Shown here: in pieces, positions 40,370 through 47,511 of the stretch
Layout: the number at the start of each line of letters is the position of its first letter
Numbering within the stretch: the stretch's first letter is position 1
Source of the DNA: a virus
Lineage: Duplodnaviria; Heunggongvirae; Uroviricota; Caudoviricetes
Length of the DNA: 47,511 nt
Virus record (IMG/VR): IMGVR_UViG_2541047920_000001
Reading direction: 5' to 3' (one strand)
Notes under the pieces: generated by a model
What the model saw: the letters and a program-made list of their open reading frames with translations, nothing else
Told to the model about the DNA's origin: nothing
Databases searched by the model: none
Translations under genes and position numbers: made by a program

Positions 40370-42775
40370 ATGGCAGCAGTAAAAATCTCAGGTGTGCTGA
40401 AAGATGGTGCGGGAAAACCAATACAGAACTGCACTATTCAACTGAAGGCAAAGCGTAACAGCACCACGGTACTGGTCAACACAGTGGCCTCTGAAAATCC
40501 GGATGAAGCCGGGCGTTACAGCATGGATGTTGAGTATGGCCAGTACAGCGTCACCCTGCTGGTTGAAGGTTTTCCGCCTTCACATGCCGGAACCATTACC
40601 GTCTATGAAGGTTCCAGACCAGGTACGCTGAATGATTTTCTCGGTGCCATGACGGAAGATGATGTCATGCCGGAGGCATTGCGTCGTTTTGAGGAAATGG
40701 TGGAAGAAGCGGCACGCAACGCTGAAGCCGCCTCTCAGAGCGCAGCGGCGGCAAAGAAATCCGAAACTGCAGCGGCATCATCGAAGAACGCGGCGAAAAC
40801 CTCAGAAACGAATGCAGCTAACAGCGCACAGGCGGCAGCGGCCTCGCAGACTGCATCGGCAAACTCCGCAACAGCAGCTAAAAAATCAGAAACCAACGCG
40901 AAAAATAGCGAGACAGCCGCAACGACAAGCGAAACCAACGCAAAGTCCAGCCAGACGGCAGCGAAGACCAGCGAAACGAATGCTAAAGCCAGTGAAACTG
41001 CAGCAAAAAACAGCCAGGTTTCAGCAGCCCAAAGCGAGAGCGCGGCAGCCGGTTCTGCGACTTCAGCAGCTGGATCAGCAACTGCTGCGGCTAACAGCCA
41101 GAAAGCTGCGAAGACGAGTGAAACTAACGCAAAGTCCAGCCAGACGGCAGCGAAGACCAGCGAAACGAATGCCAAAGCCAGTGAAACTGCGGCGAAAAGC
41201 AGTCAGGATGCAGCGGCCCAAAGCGAGAGTGCCGCAGCCAGTTCTGCAAGCGCGGCGGCTGCTTCTGCCACTGCATCAGCTAACAGTCAAAAAGCAGCAA
41301 AAACCAGTGAAACCAACGCAAAGGCGAGCGAGACTGCGGCGGCGAACTCGGCGCAAGCATCGGCAGCAAGCCAGACAGCAGCTAAAGCAAGTGAAGACGC
41401 AGCCAGAGAGTATGCAAGCCAGGCAGCGGAGCCGTATAAACAAGTTTTGCAGCCGTTGCCCGATGTGTGGATACCGTTTAATGATTCACTGGATATGATT
41501 ACGGGCTTTTCGCCATCATATAAAAAAATTGTTATTGGCGACGATGAAATAACAATGCCTGGCGACAAGATTGTAAAGTTTAAACGCGCATCGAAAGCAA
41601 CTTACATTAATAAATCTGGTGTGCTGACAGAGGCTGCCATTGACGAGCCACGATTTGAACGTGATGGCCTGCTTATTGAGGGGCAAAGAACTAACCTGCT
41701 AATCAATTCAACAAATCCGACTAAATGGAACAAGTCGTCAAATATGATCTTAAGTGCATCAGGTGTAGATGATTTCGGATTCCAGTACGCAAAATTTACA
41801 TTAAAACCAGAAATGGTAGGGCAAATTTCAGCGATTAACATAGTAACCGTTTCCGGCAGTAAAGGTTTTGATGTAACAGGCGGAGAAAAGTATGTAACCA
41901 TATCATGCAGGGTGCAAAGTGGCACTCCAAATTTAAGATGCCGATTACGATTTGAAAACTATGATGGTTCTACCTACACATTCTTAGGTGACGCTTACTT
42001 AAATACGACAGATTTATCTATTGATAAGACGGGTGGTGCCGCTAATCGCATTACTGCAAGAGCTGTTAAAGATGAAGCAAGCAAATGGATCTTTTTTGAG
42101 GCGACAATTAAGGCACTTGATACAGAAAATATGATAGGTGGAATGGTTCAGTATGCCCCGGCAAAAGGAGTGGGCACTGGCGCGGATGATTATATTTATA
42201 TTGCGACCCCTCAAGTTGAAGGTGGGGCATGCGCTTCATCGTTTATTATAACAGGCGCATCCCCTGTAACACGCGCCAGCGATATTGTAACGGTCCCCAT
42301 TTCTCTAAATTGGTGCAATCCCGCTATTAGTTCATTAGCAGAAGTTAATACCAATTGGGATGAATCGCCAAACAAAGAAGGTAGCGCACGTATTCTTAAT
42401 ATTTCCACTACGGGAGATACAACTGAAATTGCAGATGAAAGTTATATGTATTTGGGGTATACATCTTTGGGAGCACGCGCAATCATTACAAATGGTAAAG
42501 GCACTAAAATAGAATATAAAAGCGTTATAGAACGACCAGAGAGAAAAAGCATTATCGGCTTTAGATTCACAGAAAGTCGAGAATTGTGTGTTGTGGTTAA
42601 CGGTAATATTGGTGCTAAGGTAGTTTCTCCTTATAAAAAACACAAATATACAGGAGGCTTCATTAATATTGGTGGTCAATCATCATCCGGCAACCGTCAC
42701 CTATTTGGACACGTTCGAAATCTGCGTATTTGGCACAAGGCATTGACTGATGCTCAGATGGGGGAGTCAATCTAA
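40370..42775 (+). CDS. Side tail fibre protein (Stf-like) with repeat-rich shaft and distinct low-GC C-terminal receptor-binding module
   Basis: About 801 aa; N-terminus matches lambda Stf (MAVKISGVLKDGAGKPIQNCTIQLKA…); central 14-residue KTSETNAK(A/S)SETAA-type repeats; last about 400 aa AT-rich, ending in a LamG-like …LFGHVRNLRIWHKAL… segment. Confidence 0.8.
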   Translation: MAAVKISGVLKDGAGKPIQNCTIQLKAKRNSTTVLVNTVASENPDEAGRYSMDVEYGQYSVTLLVEGFPPSHAGTITVYEGSRPGTLNDFLGAMTEDDVMPEALRRFEEMVEEAARNAEAASQSAAAAKKSETAAASSKNAAKTSETNAANSAQAAAASQTASANSATAAKKSETNAKNSETAATTSETNAKSSQTAAKTSETNAKASETAAKNSQVSAAQSESAAAGSATSAAGSATAAANSQKAAKTSETNAKSSQTAAKTSETNAKASETAAKSSQDAAAQSESAAASSASAAAASATASANSQKAAKTSETNAKASETAAANSAQASAASQTAAKASEDAAREYASQAAEPYKQVLQPLPDVWIPFNDSLDMITGFSPSYKKIVIGDDEITMPGDKIVKFKRASKATYINKSGVLTEAAIDEPRFERDGLLIEGQRTNLLINSTNPTKWNKSSNMILSASGVDDFGFQYAKFTLKPEMVGQISAINIVTVSGSKGFDVTGGEKYVTISCRVQSGTPNLRCRLRFENYDGSTYTFLGDAYLNTTDLSIDKTGGAANRITARAVKDEASKWIFFEATIKALDTENMIGGMVQYAPAKGVGTGADDYIYIATPQVEGGACASSFIITGASPVTRASDIVTVPISLNWCNPAISSLAEVNTNWDESPNKEGSARILNISTTGDTTEIADESYMYLGYTSLGARAIITNGKGTKIEYKSVIERPERKSIIGFRFTESRELCVVVNGNIGAKVVSPYKKHKYTGGFINIGGQSSSGNRHLFGHVRNLRIWHKALTDAQMGESI
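40770..41400 (+). repeat. Imperfect tandem coding repeats (about 42 bp units) within the stf shaft
   Basis: Repeated units such as …gcgaagaccagcgaaacgaatgc(t/c)aaagccagtgaaactgc… seen many times; also generates spurious alternative-frame ORFs. Confidence 0.7.
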
Positions 42776-43056
42776 TGAAAGATTTAACACTCAAATTTGC
42801 CGACAGGGCCGACTTTTCGGCCTTTATGGGAAGTATTGGCTATTATAATGACGAGTCGATGCAGGATGATATTCTGATTGATGTGATAGGTAACGTGTAC
42901 AAAGAAACCGGAGAGCTGACTGAAGATGGCGAACCGGTATGTGTTAAGGAAGATGGATATTTTGTAAACGTGCGCATTATTAAGGATACGCAAATATCGT
43001 CATTATTCGATGAATACGCGGTTGCTGTTGAGCATCAACTTCGTGGCTGGATGTGA
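42775..43056 (+). CDS. Hypothetical acidic protein downstream of stf (possible fibre accessory or chaperone)
   Basis: 93-aa ORF whose start overlaps the stf stop (TAATG); low GC; no similarity to Tfa noted. Confidence 0.45.
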   Translation: MKDLTLKFADRADFSAFMGSIGYYNDESMQDDILIDVIGNVYKETGELTEDGEPVCVKEDGYFVNVRIIKDTQISSLFDEYAVAVEHQLRGWM

Positions 43057-43065
43057 GGTAGAGAA

Positions 43066-43770
43066 ATGGCTACATCAACAGTAATTCCGGGAGACATCAC
43101 CACGCTGAAGGGAGATGTTAGTAAAGCAAAGGAAGATATTTCCTCTATTAACGGAAAAGTATCAACGCTTCAGACTGATATGGCCAGTGCAAAGCAGGAT
43201 ATCAGCACCAGATACACAAAAACTGAAGTTGATAATAAGCTGAAAAACAAAGTGGAAGTGAACGATCTGGAAAGTGGTCGTTATGGCGGAGATTTTTACC
43301 CGCTGACTGGCCGTGAAGCGTTTTATTTATGGGGATTGGGCACAACTACAGCGGCGGCAAATCTTTATCTTAATCCTGACCCTGCAATTTCGTCTGTGCT
43401 GCGGTCAACATCGTCTATCCGCTATAAACATTCAGTAGAGACGATAGATTCAGAGCACGCCGATCTCATTTTCAGGATGCGCCCTGTGTGGTACAGGTCG
43501 CAATGCGAAAATGACAGGCGTGACTGGGGATTCTATGGATTGATTGCCGAGGAAGTTGGAGAAATTGCCCCTCAGTTTGTTCACTGGCGACCAGCCAACG
43601 AAGATGATGCACCGGAAACCATTTCCAGCAATGGCCTTGTTGCCGAAGGTGTAATGTACGAACGTCTGGTTGTTCCACTGATTCACCATATCCAGAAGCT
43701 GACTGAAAGAGTTGATGAACTTGAGTCAGAATTAAAGTTGTTATCCGTTTCCCGAAGCGATATCGGATAA
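43066..43770 (+). CDS. Coiled-coil protein with C-terminal S74-type intramolecular-chaperone (auto-processing) domain motif
   Basis: 234 aa; C-terminal …SSIRYKHSVETID…RMRPVWYRSQ…WGFYGLIAEEVGEIAPQFV…ELESELKLL follows the S-x-R-x-K … RPV.Y … G.IAEEV pattern of tail-fibre/endosialidase C-terminal chaperone domains. Confidence 0.5.
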   Translation: MATSTVIPGDITTLKGDVSKAKEDISSINGKVSTLQTDMASAKQDISTRYTKTEVDNKLKNKVEVNDLESGRYGGDFYPLTGREAFYLWGLGTTTAAANLYLNPDPAISSVLRSTSSIRYKHSVETIDSEHADLIFRMRPVWYRSQCENDRRDWGFYGLIAEEVGEIAPQFVHWRPANEDDAPETISSNGLVAEGVMYERLVVPLIHHIQKLTERVDELESELKLLSVSRSDIG

Positions 43771-43780
43771 AGGAGGCGTA

Positions 43781-44074
43781 ATGGATATAACACCTTTCCT
43801 TCATGCACTTTGTGCTGTGGCTGCGCAGGTACTGGTTGGTCTTTTTACCGGAAACTGGGCTTACGGGGCGATAGCTGGTTGTACGTTCTTCATTGCGCGT
43901 GAACATACCCAGGCAGAATATCGCTGGATTGAAATGTTCGGGCATGGCAAGCGTATGAATATGCCGTGGTGGGGCGGTTTTGATCCGCGTGCGTGGGATG
44001 TGGCAAGCCTGATGGATTTTGCTGTGCCGGTGGTGGCGTGTCTGCTGGTCTGGCTGTTGGTTAATCGTGGGTGA
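43781..44074 (+). CDS. Small integral membrane protein (hypothetical; candidate moron)
   Basis: 97 aa with two or three hydrophobic segments; AGGAGG RBS; host-like GC. Confidence 0.5.
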   Translation: MDITPFLHALCAVAAQVLVGLFTGNWAYGAIAGCTFFIAREHTQAEYRWIEMFGHGKRMNMPWWGGFDPRAWDVASLMDFAVPVVACLLVWLLVNRG

Positions 44075-44084
44075 AAAAAGGTGA

Positions 44085-44204
44085 GCTGTATATGCAACGG
44101 AGGAAGAAACCTCGTTGCGGGAAGCCTGGAAGAAGTATCGGGTGTTGCTGAACCGTGTTGATACGTCAACTGCACAGGATATTGAATGGCCAGCACTGCC
44201 GTAG
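44085..44204 (+). pseudogene. 3' remnant of a tail fibre assembly (tfa) gene
   Basis: Open frame without a start codon encoding …[34 protein letters not shown], the conserved C-terminal end of Tfa proteins; begins directly after a stop codon. Confidence 0.6.
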
Positions 44205-44301
44205 GGTAAAACATATAAATTCTATAATTAGATGTATCTTTCCATTTACGGCAAGGAAGGGGGCTTGGAAGACGTAAGGCATCTCACACCGAGATTATTT
44301 T

Positions 44302-44892
44302 TTATATGTCAGGTGTCTGAAGTTTTGCTTTGGCTCTTAAAATGGTTTGCCGCGAGGTTTTGAATTCCCGGGCAATGGCACTTATACTTACACCTGACTT
44401 AATCCGTTCGAATACCACCTGTTTCTGTTCTTCATTTAACACAGGTGGTCGACCAAAACGTTTCCCTGCGCCCCGGGCTCTTACTATCCCGGAATGAGTG
44501 CGTTCAAGTAAAAGGTCTCGTTCAAATTCAGCGACTGCTGAAATTACTTGCATCATCATTTTTCCTGTTGGACTGGTCAGGTCAATGCCCCCCAATGCTA
44601 AGCAATGCACTCTGATACCTGTTTCGGTCAGTTGTTCCACTGTTTTCCTGATATCCATTGCATTACAACCAAGGCGATCCAGTTTTGTCACAATCAATTG
44701 ATCACCACATTTCAGGCGAGCAAGCAACCGGTTAAAACCAGGACGCTCACTGGTTGCTGCTGAGCCGCTAATGTGTTCTTCGATTATTTGCTGAGGTTTG
44801 ATTTTAAAACCTGCACTTTCGATTTCCCGGCGTTGATTTTCGGTGGTCTGATCCAGCGTTGATATCCGACAGTAAGCAAAAATTCGAGACAT
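44302..44892 (-). CDS. pin: Pin-type serine DNA invertase (Hin/Gin/Pin family)
   Basis: 196 aa; N-terminal catalytic …[11 protein letters not shown]… (Ser nucleophile context), C-terminal HTH; adjacent to tail-fibre genes. Confidence 0.9.
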
Positions 44893-45208
44893 AGTGAGAC
44901 TCTATACGAAATTGGTGTTCATATCATAATGCATCTCAGAAAATAATTTTGATTATTTTTGTGCATGTTTGTATGTACACGTTCGAAAATAAACGAATGC
45001 GTATGCAACCCCGTAATTTTGGTGAGACCCAAAATCGATTTTGTGAAAAATGGCTTTAACTCGGTTTGTTTTTCGAGTTCCGGGCGGACTCAAGGAAGAA
45101 GAATAGTGTTGCGTGTTATTTTAACCAGATTTCAAGTTGTTTGGTCGTGGAAAAGTGGAGCAAAATGTTGTTAAAGTGGAAAAATGATAAAAAAGTAAGT
45201 TTATTATA

Positions 45209-45442
45209 TTACATTTTACCATTTAAATTTTGGTTGTCTTTAAGAACTGATATCGCTGTTTGTAATAATTCTTTGTTATCCAGCCATGATTTTTTCTTTA
45301 TGTTTCCTTCAATGTAATCAAGCAATGTTCTGGTATTGATAGGTCTTCCCTGTTTTGCTACTTCCACTACAGCATCCCCTAGGATAATTCTGACTTCAGG
45401 AAGCTGCGCAGGGAACCACTTTAGGGTGTCTTTTGATTTCAT
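45209..45442 (-). CDS. ydfK: YdfK-like cold-shock-inducible small protein
   Basis: 77 aa from MKSKDTLKWFPAQLPEVRIILGDAVVEVAKQGRPINTRTLLDYIEGNIKKKSWLDNKELLQ…. Confidence 0.7.
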   Translation of the reverse strand: MKSKDTLKWFPAQLPEVRIILGDAVVEVAKQGRPINTRTLLDYIEGNIKKKSWLDNKELLQTAISVLKDNQNLNGKM

Positions 45443-46227
45443 GAATATATTCCTTAAAATATTATTGATTTTCATTGCGATATTGTATGTCTGATTCAGG
45501 ATATGTTGACTTATACATCGGTTTTGTCTGGGTTATTGGATATGCCAATCCCTAATTTTATTAGAGCATGACTAAAAATGCTGAATATGATAAGGAGCGA
45601 AGTGATTATCAGTATGCTGTTCATATAGCCTCGAATTAGTAATGTGTTATATATGATATAGTTGACAATTTTTATCCTGGGTGTTCTTAAAGTTCGTAGA
45701 TAAACATTGTCGTTTCAGGTATACAGGAATGCTAACAGATGGCGGCAAAAATCAGGCGGTTTATGGCGCAAGCTGAAGTGGCAACTGCAAACTATCTTAT
45801 GCAGAGACTCTACACGGATTGGGTTTAAAAGTATACATAGATAACAGTTTTTATCTGAAGAAGAAAAATATCAAGGTGATATAGCCTATATGCCTTTGAT
45901 GCGGAGGAATGAATGTGATGGGAGTGATGTATCTGAATAGTTGAAAAACCGCAGACACGCCTTATGCAAGAACGTGCTGCGGTTGGCTGGTAAATTTTTC
46001 GATAGTGCGAGTATTGAATGATTTCCAGCCGTTATTGATTTTACGCGTAACTCCATGAAAAAACTACTTATCTGTTGAGGAGTTTTTTTGGGGCATATAT
46101 GGGACAGAAATAGGCCCCAGATAGACACTGAGATCGAACTTAGGATGCTTTTTAAAAAATGCAACTATCTGAAAAAACCTAGAAAACGCCAAGGAAACCA
46201 CAGGATGGGAAAAAACACCTGTGAATT

Positions 46228-47511
46228 ATGGACTTCCAGTTATATTCGCTCGGCGCAGCGTTAGTGTTTCATGAAATATTTTTTCCTGAATCATCAACGG
46301 CAATGGCGTTAATTCTGGCAATGGGAACCTATGGTGCAGGTTATGTGGCACGTATTGTCGGAGCATTTATTTTCGGCAAAATGGGCGACAGAATAGGGCG
46401 TAAAAAAGTGCTCTTTATTACCATCACCATGATGGGGATCTGTACCACCTTAATTGGTGTGTTACCGACTTATGCACAAATTGGTGTTTTTGCCCCCATC
46501 TTGCTGGTGACGCTGCGTATTATTCAGGGGTTGGGTGCAGGTGCGGAAATTTCCGGTGCCGGTACGATGCTGGCGGAATATGCGCCAAAAGGTAAGCGCG
46601 GAATTATCTCCTCATTTGTGGCTATGGGAACTAACTGCGGAACCCTGAGCGCAACGGCAATCTGGGCCTTTATGTTCTTCATTCTCAGTAAAGAGGAACT
46701 GCTGGCGTGGGGATGGCGTATACCTTTCCTGGCGAGCGTTGTCGTGATGGTCTTTGCTATCTGGTTGCGTATGAATCTGAAAGAAAGCCCGGTCTTTGAG
46801 AAGGTTAACGACAGCAACCAACCGACAGCAAAACCTGCACCTGCTGGTAGCATGTTCCAGAGCAAATCCTTCTGGCTGGCAACAGGGCTGCGTTTTGGTC
46901 AGGCTGGTAACTCAGGTTTAATTCAGACTTTCCTTGCAGGCTATTTAGTGCAGACGTTATTGTTTAACAAAGCAATTCCAACAGATGCATTGATGATCAG
47001 TTCGATTCTCGGCTTTATGACCATTCCGTTCCTTGGTTGGTTATCCGATAAAATTGGTCGCCGGATCCCGTATATTATTATGAATACCTCTGCGATTGTG
47101 CTGGCATGGCCAATGCTTTCTATCATCGTAGATAAAAGCTATGCCCCGAGCACCATTATGGTTGCACTGATTGTGATTCATAACTGTGCGGTGCTTGGAT
47201 TATTTGCTCTGGAAAACATTACCATGGCAGAAATGTTCGGCTGTAAAAACCGCTTTACCCGAATGGCTATTTCTAAAGAAATTGGTGGTCTTATCGCTTC
47301 CGGTTTTGGTCCTATCCTGGCGGGGATTTTCTGCACCATGACGGAATCCTGGTATCCGATCGCCATTATGATCATGGCATATTCTGTGATTGGTTTAATC
47401 TCTGCGCTGAAAATGCCAGAAGTGAAAGACCGTGATTTAAGTGCGCTGGAAGACGCCGCAGAAGATCAACCACATGTTGTAAGAGCTGCACAACCGTCCA
47501 GAAGTCTGTAA
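46228..47511 (+). CDS. ydfJ: MFS transporter (MHS family, YdfJ-like), apparently lacking the first transmembrane segment; host gene at prophage boundary
   Basis: 427 aa; MFS signature GxxxDRIGRKK occurs at residue about 52, i.e. about 35-40 residues earlier than expected, consistent with 5' truncation; 12-TM-like hydrophobic profile otherwise. Confidence 0.75.
   Translation: MDFQLYSLGAALVFHEIFFPESSTAMALILAMGTYGAGYVARIVGAFIFGKMGDRIGRKKVLFITITMMGICTTLIGVLPTYAQIGVFAPILLVTLRIIQGLGAGAEISGAGTMLAEYAPKGKRGIISSFVAMGTNCGTLSATAIWAFMFFILSKEELLAWGWRIPFLASVVVMVFAIWLRMNLKESPVFEKVNDSNQPTAKPAPAGSMFQSKSFWLATGLRFGQAGNSGLIQTFLAGYLVQTLLFNKAIPTDALMISSILGFMTIPFLGWLSDKIGRRIPYIIMNTSAIVLAWPMLSIIVDKSYAPSTIMVALIVIHNCAVLGLFALENITMAEMFGCKNRFTRMAISKEIGGLIASGFGPILAGIFCTMTESWYPIAIMIMAYSVIGLISALKMPEVKDRDLSALEDAAEDQPHVVRAAQPSRSL

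Noticed and set aside
40659-41498. 279-aa plus-strand ORF (R/Q/P-rich) and 146-aa minus-strand ORF (40735-41175) within the stf repeat region
   Set aside because: Alternative-frame and antisense readings of the tandem repeat DNA in the tail-fibre shaft; low-complexity translations typical of repeat artefacts.
44959-45317. 71-aa and 83-aa plus-strand ORFs between pin and ydfK
   Set aside because: AT-rich, Phe/Lys-rich low-complexity translations in what looks like a promoter/leader region; no support as genes.
45886-46164. 92-aa minus-strand ORF near the prophage/host junction
   Set aside because: AT-rich intergenic and promoter region upstream of ydfK and the MFS gene; poor coding character.

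Overview
The window is almost entirely one lambdoid prophage of an Escherichia-type enterobacterium, very similar in gene content to the Qin/Kim element of E. coli K-12 but apparently intact. All calls are from reading the sequence and the ORF track; no database search was run. Layout, left to right: integrase and excisionase (2-1568, minus strand); a large early protein with a C-terminal DEDDh exonuclease domain; the dicB operon (ydfD, dicB, DicF sRNA, ydfA/B/C-like) under a CI-like S24 repressor; cro-like, cII-like and O-like replication genes with iterons inside the O-like gene; a nin-like accessory region (HTH protein, QueH-like gene, hok toxin, a low-GC two-gene cassette, rem/ydfU-like genes); antiterminator Q with a pR'/tR'-like unit; cold-shock morons; a holin / SAR-endolysin / Rz / Rz1 lysis cassette; a cos region; and a complete lambda-order head and tail module (Nu1, A, W, B, protease-capsid fusion, FII, Z, U, V, G, G-T frameshift, H, M, L, K, I, J), then lom, a mosaic side tail fibre region, a tfa remnant, Pin invertase, ydfK and an MFS transporter gene that marks the right prophage/host junction near 46.2 kb. 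The best candidate for an undescribed system is the low-GC operon at 10967-12723: an unknown 204-aa protein translationally coupled to an HTH-XRE/ImmA-IrrE zinc-metallopeptidase fusion, sitting where K-12 Qin carries relBE and bounded by terminators. Other points worth a second look are the prophage-borne QueH-like tRNA-modification gene, the remodelled tail-fibre module with an S74-type intramolecular-chaperone ORF, and the orphan Pin invertase. No CRISPR array, rRNA or tRNA gene was recognised.
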